From NCBI RefSeq assembly GCF_000181795.1, contig NW_003526941.1:6053008-6117007 (forward strand): a stretch of DNA of 64,000 nucleotides. The letters are read 5' to 3'. The notes under the pieces were generated by a model that did not search any database, was not told where the DNA came from, and worked only from the letters and a program-made list of their open reading frames with translations. The stretch is from Trichinella spiralis (lineage: Eukaryota). The translations under genes and the position numbers were made by a program. This document shows positions 55,123 to 64,000 of the stretch, piece by piece (the first letter of the stretch is position 1; each line of letters begins with the position of its first letter).

Positions 55123-55814
55123 TCAATCTCCAGAAATTTCTTCAACTTTGCGAATCTTCTTCGGAACCGAACCGCTACATCCGGCATCTTCATCCTCTGC
55201 CGATATCTAAAAGAACCAAAAACTAAACCATCAAAGTATTCAACAATTAAAAGCTCATTAAATTTACCTGCTTCAAGGGTCGGCTTACCGGATTCCACAA
55301 AGCACTGCGCAACAATCGCTTGCATGCTTCTACATTCACTTTAGGCCGTTCGCCCCCCTCTTCCATTAATTTGATACTCTCGAAACGACCTTTGATGCGC
55401 AACTGAAAACCAATAAACATCATCTAACAGATAATTGAATATAAGCAATATCAATTACGAGATGATGTTTTAGCAATGAATTCGTCGGATCGATGCCCTT
55501 GCTCCTCATGAAAGCTAAAAAATAACAACTAAGAAAAAATTGAACAATGTCTTGGGATTTTTACATGCAAACAGTGAATTTATCATCCACTGCATTGTTA
55601 GCATTAATCGAATCTTCTCCAAAGGGTTAGCCTGAAACACACTTTGTGTGACAAAACGGAAAAAAGTAATGATTACCAACAGAATTACCGAATTCAAACG
55701 ATCAGCAAAAGCAACTTTTTTAAGTTTCTTCACCATCTTTTTCACTTCTTTAATAGTGTTCACAATACTCAGGAGTTTTTCCAAACTTTCAACATTACAC
55801 ACTTCTGTTGACAT
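55123..55814 (-). CDS. C1D: C1D / Rrp47 nuclear exosome cofactor, 5 exons
   Basis: Spliced NPLEKIRLML..MINSLF..SKGIDP..LKHHLLRIK..PKVNVEACKRLLRSALWNP parallels C1D DPLEQAK..LNSMFW..QGVNP..VKQELERI..ASRFVKNALWEP. Confidence 0.8.
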
Positions 55815-56315
55815 CTTGATTCGAAACTTCCTGCAACTGATTATTATCTATTAAAAATACACCACACAAGCACAAAAGCCTTGCGTAGAATGCTTATGTT
55901 TCAACAGTTTGCATACTGTAAGAAAATTAGGAACAAATTTTTAATGATACATTTTTAATAAACAAAATTTCATGACAAATCAAATTTCATTCTACTGATG
56001 AATTCAATTGGAAAAACGCATCATTATTATTATTGACTATGCAAATAATATGAAAATATGAAAAACTACAACAATGTGCTTATCGTTTATTATAAAAGCT
56101 ATTTTTTGTTCATAAATAAATTGAACATATATTAATTTTGAATTATTTTTGCGTCAACCTTTCATAGTTGTAATAAAAAAATTTAAACTTGAAGAGCACA
56201 TTTTACTGTATAATCAGTATATGACTATACCGATAATGGCTGCTGTCTAATATAGTTCAGTCCTTACTGTACGTAAGAGTGGATTGAGTTGATTCATATT
56301 TGCAATTAGTTATTC

Positions 56316-58454
56316 ATGAGTTCATTAGATGATGAAATAATTGAATGTGTTACTCCGGTAACTTCTGCAGATGACTGTAATTTGATCAAAGAAGAAGATT
56401 ATTTGAATAATGACACTGAACAGAATATTATCAATAATGTGAAATTTGTGGAAAAATCTGCATTGGAAAATTCGACCGCAACCCAATCTGTGAAGTCCGA
56501 CGGTGAGCTTCAGAAAGTGACTGAAAATGTAGAACCCACAGAAGACGAAGATGAAGATAGTTTTGGTGGTTTCGTAGCGGCAAGTTTCACTTCAGTTGGT
56601 CAAAATCACGTCGAATCGTCTGAAGCTGACAATTTCTCAGGATGTACAACATCACAAGTTGATGCAAATGAATGGGTTGACTTTTCAAGCGCTCCATTTC
56701 CTGCGCAACCGGTTCCTGTACAAGATTGTTGTTTGAATTTTGTAAGTGAAATTTTATTTTGAGCATTATAATTTTTGTTTCCACATTTTACATTTGCATT
56801 TTTGCCTGTTTATATTGAACTGTTGATTATGTCATCATTGAATTTTTGTCATTGGTTTGTTTCAACGTAAAATGACAGTCAACGCTTATTTATTTTCTTT
56901 TGACAGATGAGTAAATTTGCAATTTTGCACAGCTTCAGTGTGAACGTTTAAATCAAGTTTTTGCAATTTTGTACCAATTATTCGAAATTTAATTTTTTTT
57001 TAATTCTTAAATTGACAGCACACAGATGAAGAGAACAGTAAATTTGGCTAGAATATTCTTCACTGTTTACGGTGACAGATTAATTAGTTAATTGTTGTGA
57101 ACTGATTAATTGAACTTTTAATTGTAAAAGTGATGATTTTCTGTTGTTCATGAATCATTTTTATGGTGATGTATTTTCAAACTTTTGTGGCAAATTAAAC
57201 CGGTTGTTGATTGACCAAACTTGGTTTGAAGATTGATTTTTATTTGAATTTATAATTTGTTTTTCTGTAAAAATTTATAATTTAAAGATATGTTGAACGT
57301 TCAATTTGTGTACAACAATTAATTTGAAGTACATAATAAATACATATTTGTTGGCTTTATTTTGATATTTATTTGTAGACGTCGTTGACAAAGCAAATGC
57401 AGTCGGTTTTATCATGCGCGTTTCCTTCAAATTTTGATAAGAGTGACAATGTTGATTCTAGTAGGAAGTTGTTCAGATTGGCCCAAGTACTGGATGACGA
57501 CCTAAAAGAATACGACGAAAACAGTTCCCATTTTTGGTAATTTAACTTTTTCATCTTAATACGTGTCATTTCAGATATATACTTTTTTTTCTTTTTTTTA
57601 AGTATAACTTCCAGAAATTTGTGGCATTCACTTCGAACGATAGAGGATGCCAATGCGTTAAATTATCGTTGGGCAAATTCGCTTTTGTACAATGTTTACT
57701 TGTCTGCGTTAGGGATGAATGTAACGCTTGTATGTTTTTTTAAATGGTTTTGTTTTTAAAAGTGTTTTTTTTTCGAGATTTAAAGTAATGACGTATTTTA
57801 TTGTAATTGATCAACCGTGATATGATGTGTTGTTTAGAGTTTAAATAGAGGTGAATCGTGCGGTTTGTTAAATATATTTTATATATGTAATATGCATAAT
57901 GAAGAAGAAAATTAATAAAGCAACATTAAATTTAGGCTCAATCTGCAAAGTCGAATCTACCTTTGTTCGCAACTCAGCTAACATCGTCTTCGTTAATTCC
58001 GGAGAAGCTTACATCTTCTGCTGCTGCAAGTTCTTTGACCTTTTCTTGTCAGAACAAAGTACCGGTATCTGAGACAGTTGATTTTGCAAGTTCTTCGCAA
58101 AATGGCGTTGATCAAATCAGTCTGTCTTCTGGTATGATTAATTGAAAAGGAAAAAAATTGATTTTTTTTCATTTTTGGCATAATTTTTAAGCAGCACCGT
58201 TCAATATTACTGCGGTAGATTTGGACATATTTTTGCGCGACAAAGAACCCGACAAGGGCGGTAAGGCTCCTTGGGAAGAGGATTTGGAATTGCTCGGTTT
58301 GGGTGATGTGAATTTGAAGGGGTCAAGTGATATGCAAAAATCTGCTGGTCATTCAGATTTCAAATTTGGCAACGGCAACGCGACAGGCTTGTCGAGCATA
58401 ATCGATTCAAACAGTGCATCTTCTGTTTCGACTGTTAAAGATGTGAAGAAGTGA
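56316..58454 (+). CDS. AFTPH: Aftiphilin-like clathrin/AP-1 accessory protein, 5 exons
   Basis: Acidic DSFGGF and EWVDF adaptor-ear motifs; exon at about 57603-57729 encodes LWHSLRTIEDANALNYRWANS..YLSALGM, typical of the aftiphilin domain. Confidence 0.75.
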
Positions 58455-59186
58455 TCTTCGCTGAGTATTATATAATTAATAATCATCGTGTAACGATAGC
58501 ATGGAAAGGATTTTTGACTATCAGAAGAAAATGATGCACTAGCCGGTGCAATTGTTGTAGCTGAGGACCAAATGTTGTTGTTGTTGTTGTTTGTTCACTT
58601 TTACTTCATACATTGTTATGTTCAATTTTGAACAAGTAGCTCTAATGTTGCATATCGATTTATCCCGGTATATTGACGAGAAATGCCACGTTTCATTAGT
58701 GATGGCGATTGATTAAAATGGATGAATTGCAAAAAAGAAGCATTTGCTTGAAATGAAATGCACTTCATGATAAAGTTGTTTATGGAAATACAAAAATTGG
58801 CTTTTATTATTGCTCAAAGTACCTGTTTATTGTACGGGTCAATTTTCATGCTGTTGTAAGTTTTACAAAATACTACGACTACTTGAAGTGATGATGTTTC
58901 TAATTGTTTTATCCGAGAAGAAAGTACTTTTATGAAGAAATCAGCATCAATTCAACGTTATTATTTATTTATACGTAGTATTTTTGTACAGTTCAATATT
59001 AAAGAGAAAAAATGAAGATATAAAGTTAGCATTAACTGCATTATGCATGACCAAGCGGTAAGCAGCGGAGCGATGAACGATGGTGGTTAATATTAAATAT
59101 TATTGTTGAATAGTGCATATTATACGTATTTTCATATGTTTGTTTGTTTTAAGCGAATTTTTTCTTTAAAATCCTGAAAATTTGGC

Positions 59187-60304
59187 TCAACCAATCAACC
59201 ATGCACCGAAAACGAATGCAACCACAGAGCTGCAGAACAGTGAAGGCGACTGGCGTGCTTGGATTGCCAAATTGCAGCCGTCGGTGCTGCAAGTTTGCAC
59301 GCAACCGCTGAAATAATGCTCGTCGAGTATAAAATGACCGCAGTGACTCATGCGCACAATTTCGGTATCTGCCGTCAACGACCCGCTGTCCATTGCACAC
59401 GTACGTACGACGACGGAAAAATTGCGATTCGCAGCTGCAACACAATTTTCATGTACGCAATCATCGCGAACAAAATGCTACTTGACAATAAGTAAGTGTT
59501 TACTGTATTATAGTCAGTGCAATTCAAAAATGTTCAGTTTAAGTTGATTAGTGAATTTTAATTCCAAACGTATACTTTTTTTTAACTCTAAAATATACGA
59601 ACGGATAGATTTTGCGTAAATGTTTTTTCTCTCAAGAATACTCATTTTCATTGAAATGAGAAAATCATCATGTTCTGATTTTCAAAAAATTTTTATTGAT
59701 TTTTAATTTTGAATACTAGCTTTTATTATGAAAGTGTATCATTGAGGGAAGATTATTTGTTTGCTTTTCTTGTTCTCTTGCTGCAACTTGAATGTCTTTA
59801 TTTTAAAGCAAAACTAGCAGAAATTGTCTAGTTGTTTTCGCTTGTTATATACTTTTTCGAAAAGAATGAAAACAATGAACAGCAGTTGTCTTTTATCAGT
59901 AGAAAATTTATTGAAAGTTGCAAAAAAGAGAAAATTCTTGAAAAGTTATTTGTATCTTTTATCTACTTTGTCAGCATATTATTTTATAATAATATACTAG
60001 ACGCTGGTGTTTTATTATTCTATTTAAGCTTATGGAGTTGAGTTTTTAAATTTATAATGCATCATAACCCCACCCTTTCAACATCCCAAACACACACACA
60101 CACACACACACAAGTACAACTTACTAGAAACACCGGAAACTTTGATGCAGTGGTCAGCGGGAAAATATCCCCGGCGATCCTTTCTGTAAGCCATACAGTC
60201 AGGTTGTAAATAATTCACTCCTGGATAGTCTGTATTGAACGTGTCCTCGCAGTATGGATCCGATCGATTTATCGAACTGCACACGTAGCATGTTAAGCAG
60301 AGAC
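59187..60304 (-). CDS. Ly6/uPAR three-finger (quiver-like) GPI-anchored protein; last two exons, 5' exon unresolved
   Basis: LTCYVCSS..DPYCEDTF..C..CIKVSG/..VRTCAMDSGSLTADTEIVRMSHCG..GCVQTCSTDGCN followed by a hydrophobic tail; exons 60125-60304 and 59187-59434. Confidence 0.85.
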
Positions 60305-62863
60305 CTTTGAAATGGAAAAAAAGGAAGAAATTAGTTTAAATTGGCATAGAGAAAACAGGAAAATTAACATTCCCCCTTTTGCACTGTGCTTATTATATTA
60401 TGAAAAGAAAAGAAAATGAAAAGAGGAAATATTATTATTTCATTTTTTTCAATTGATAAACTTTTCATTGTCGCTGTTCACATATACGAGGGGTAGTGAC
60501 GCGTTAGCATAGGACGATTCATTCTTTCATCTTCTATTTTATAAATTTTCCCATTCACGCTGAGATTTGTGAATTTAATATTTTGCTCGTCGTCGATGAT
60601 TCACAGCTTTTATGCAATACTATTATTTCATCTATTTATGATTATTTTAATTTCAATCGGTTTTTTGTGTATTATTTGATGATTTTTCGGTGTTGTGGAA
60701 TTGGAATTTGTGAAAGGGTAATTTTAGTAAAATAATGTACAAAATCGATCGACTTGGCCTCCATTTTGACAATTCACATCTATAATATAGTTGTGACCAG
60801 GATTGTCGGTTTTTAATCAGGGTGATTAAAAATTGCCGCTTTTCTCCAACCTTGTTGTAATCAATATCGATCAATTTCTTTTTTACTACTCGAATACAAA
60901 CGATAGCATCAGGGATGTTCTACTTCTACTTTATCTTCTTCTTCATTTTTGTGAATAGAAAGCACAAGCTTTTCTGCTGCTGCTGCTAATTTTGCCGGAA
61001 AGAGATGTATCGATTTGCGCGGCACTTGATTCCAGAAAGCAATAGCTAACCGGGCTTGTGCATTGGTTTTGCTTTTTCTTTCGTGATGTCACTTTCACTT
61101 CCTCTTTTTATTTATTTATATTTTTTTATTGATTGACTTACTGACTCACTGATTGATATAAATTCCTTTTTAAGGTGTGTTCATGGGGTTTGATGTTTTT
61201 TTTCACATTCATTTTTGAATTTTTCTCTTCTCTTCTAAAATACACACAACAATCTCGACGGATTTTCAAATTCAAAAAAAACAACTACAACACACACATA
61301 ATAAGATTAAATGGGGGAAATTTGAAATATTTTTCACCAATTAACCCAATTGTTATTGGTGAGCTGCGTTTCTCGAGTCTACATGCTTCTTTTTTGTGCA
61401 TGCATAATTGATTCATTTGTCATTTCATGAGGCAGCAACATTTTTTTCACGTTGTTTGATAAAAGTGAATCTTTCGTCGAAGGAAATAATGAACTAAACT
61501 TTCGTTGAGAAAAAAAGTAAATTCAGTTTCAAATTTTGTATCAACTCTTTTACAACGTCAGTCGATTTTATTATTTATTATACAAGTGAAAAAAATGTGC
61601 TCATACGATGCTTCTTCTTCTTCTTCTTCTTCTCACATCAAGTGGTTCGTTTTCACGCTCAAATGAAAGTGAACTTGAGGCCAAATCGATTCGTGACATG
61701 GGATATAGCTTTGGATAATTTTATTTATTTATTTATTATTATTTATATTTCCAATGAATTCCAATGTTTGAAGCGAATGTTCATGCTTGCTTGATTGCTA
61801 TTTCTGGCGGTGATTTCGTAAATGATCAACAACAAACAAATTAATAAAATATCGATTTTGCCATTTGAAAATTTCATAATAATAATAATAAGAATATATT
61901 TGTAAAATTGACATCTTGATAAATAATTTTTCCAATCAATATATAGAATGATGAAAATAATTTTCCCTCTTGTCTGATTTTCTCGGTCAAATGTTGTCGT
62001 TTATTATTTTATGAACAAGTTGAAAAAATTTCACTCGCATTTCGCAGCATAGTCGACACACGTATAGTAGAAGTATCCATTCACTATTGCTGGTGATGAG
62101 TGATATTTTTGTCAGTTTAAATTATCCTACTTGTGTACAGAATGTGTACATTCGCGCTCTTAGTTGGAAAAGGAAAATTGTTCAATCCGCCGGATCAAGT
62201 GTCCCATTGGAAGCGACACGTGACTTGAACATTTGAACGGTGCTAATTACAAACTTGCAAGGTTTGCATGCGGGCGGCTTTGATCGATCGATCGGAGCTT
62301 TGTTTATCTTGTTATAAGCTGGGAAACAAGTGCAAAAGAGGTCGAATGGATAATTGAAAAGAATAATTTTTGTAAATGCCACAGTTTGAAAATGAAAGAA
62401 GAAAAAAGTTTATATAAAAAGATTTGCAGTGAAGAAAAGGATTTTCTGCCGAGGTGCTTGTTGTTGTTGTTTTTTTTTGTCTGCATGATTTGAAATGATC
62501 CATCAAAAAGCAGAAAATATTGTACAGAAAGACAATTTCCATAACACACAAGCACAGTGAGTGGGATCAACAGCGGGGAAAATGATTATTATGTAAAAAA
62601 TATTAATGTGAATTTACCTGCGGGTAAGAGAAGAAGCACGGCAGTGACGAGAACGACGCTCAACGAGCTTCTTTGTACAATCCATCCCATACTATTTTTT
62701 TGTCAACCTTGGCAATGGTCTTCTGAATCCCATAGCAGTGAACGATTGGAACTGCTGGCAGGGCGTGGACAAAGCAGAAATACAGAGAAAGAGACAGAGG
62801 TGTGTTGTGTTTTGATCTTCTTTGTTCGATTTCAAACCTAGCTGCTGTGTGGAAAGCTGAAGA

Positions 62864-62961
62864 AGCAGCAGCAATAAGCAGCAGCAGCAGCAGCAGCAGC
62901 AGCAATAAGCAGCAGCAGTAGCAGCAATGGCAACTGCAGCCAGCAGCAATAAGCAGCAGCA
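62864..62961. repeat. Imperfect (CAG/CTG)n microsatellite
   Basis: Runs of gcagcagca interrupted by ataa. Confidence 0.9.
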
Positions 62962-63137
62962 GTTGGTCAAAAGGCGGCAGTCAGATAGACTTTTACAACC
63001 TAAAGAACCGCCTATCTCTCTTTCTCTATTGGAGCATGAATACTTTTCAGCACAATCTATACTGAACGGACGAGACGATAACGAGGCAGACGAACAGACG
63101 ATCGAATCTTATGCCAAGCTAGAATCATCATCATCAC

Positions 63138-63138
<1 letters not shown>

Positions 63139-63176
<38 letters not shown>
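63139..63176. repeat. (AAT)n microsatellite
   Basis: About 12 consecutive aat units. Confidence 0.95.
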
Positions 63177-64000
63177 CATGATCATCGTTTGCAAGATGAA
63201 CTTGTTGTCAGAATTACTAAAAGCGGCGGCAATCTGTTCGTTCGTTCGTTTATCGTTGAACAATGCAACGGTCTTTTGTCATCGATTGACCACCACAAAG
63301 CACAAGGTGCTGCTGAACAATGCGCTTGGTCACTACTGTCTTGACCAGTTGTCCAGAAGCTCAGCATCTCTACTGATGCTATTTATCAGAACATAGCTTG
63401 ATTTAAGATTAACTCGCAAACAAACAATTTATAGCTAGATGATATTCTATTTTCCGGTTCAGTTAGCTGTGTACTTTTACTTAACGGCTGAGATCGGCTA
63501 ATAAAATTATTTCCTCATCTCTTCCTTTCTCTTATCAATCATATTTCACTTTCATGTACTGGATGAGAAAATTATTTGACTTTTTTTCTCTTTTCACTTT
63601 AAACTATAATCAATTTTATTAGATGCTTTATCACTGAACGTAAACGAATTTAATGTGTTGTTTGTTGTTGTTGTTGTGTGGTCACGTTGTGATTTTTTTT
63701 TCTCAACCTTAACAAAGTTGCGCCGAATGTTGTTGCAGGATATCCAGTTTATTCAGAATTGCTTCTTCAGATGCTTTCACAGAAAATAAAACCAGAAAAA
63801 AAAGAGGCTATTCAAATCAGGGGAATTATATACTTCGAGTGAGTTGTTAGTTTTCGTTTTTGCGGTTATTTCTTCGATGTTAATGATGGGCTTGTTGAGG
63901 AAATAACGAACGAATTGCGGTTCTGTTGCTGCATTCTATCACTTTATTGTAATGGCTTGATGTGTGTTTTATTAATTAATTTTTTCTTTTCTCGTCAAAT

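Noticed and set aside
62660..62970. Poly-Leu segment as the signal-peptide exon of the Ly6 gene
   Set aside because: A donor (CTAG|gtttg) exists, but I found no in-frame ATG for the phase-compatible frame; poly-Leu may simply reflect the CTG microsatellite. Left unresolved.

Overview
Eukaryotic, AT-rich draft-assembly window with many short (about 50-100 nt) spliceosomal introns and TTTCAG-type acceptors; protein content and architecture point to a nematode, probably Trichinella-like (inference). Bases 1-12.2 kb are a gapped, repeat-rich zone (direct and inverted duplications, minisatellites, no recognisable gene) closed by a perfect 20-bp-stem palindrome. Bases 12.7-44.6 kb are gene-dense: Leo1, prefoldin 2, a secreted Cys protein, SLC41, C4orf33/UPF0462-like, RPA12, DNAJB12/14, UBE2D, PSMA5, RPL15, a secreted four-repeat Cys protein, SLC35B2, prefoldin 3, DRAP1 and an 18-exon pyruvate carboxylase. 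Bases 45-64 kb hold a giant-like PAR-bZIP gene with a long regulatory region, a putative micro-exon secreted peptide, C1D, aftiphilin and a Ly6/three-finger gene. Most notable: pyruvate carboxylase needs three non-GT 5' splice sites (TT, GA, GC) to rebuild conserved motifs; a dense cluster of nuclear-receptor direct repeats lies upstream of the giant-like gene; a minisatellite is built from 5'-splice-site consensus sequences; and a Forkhead/AP-1/Forkhead palindrome sits in a bidirectional promoter. All gene models were spliced by hand and no database search was run.
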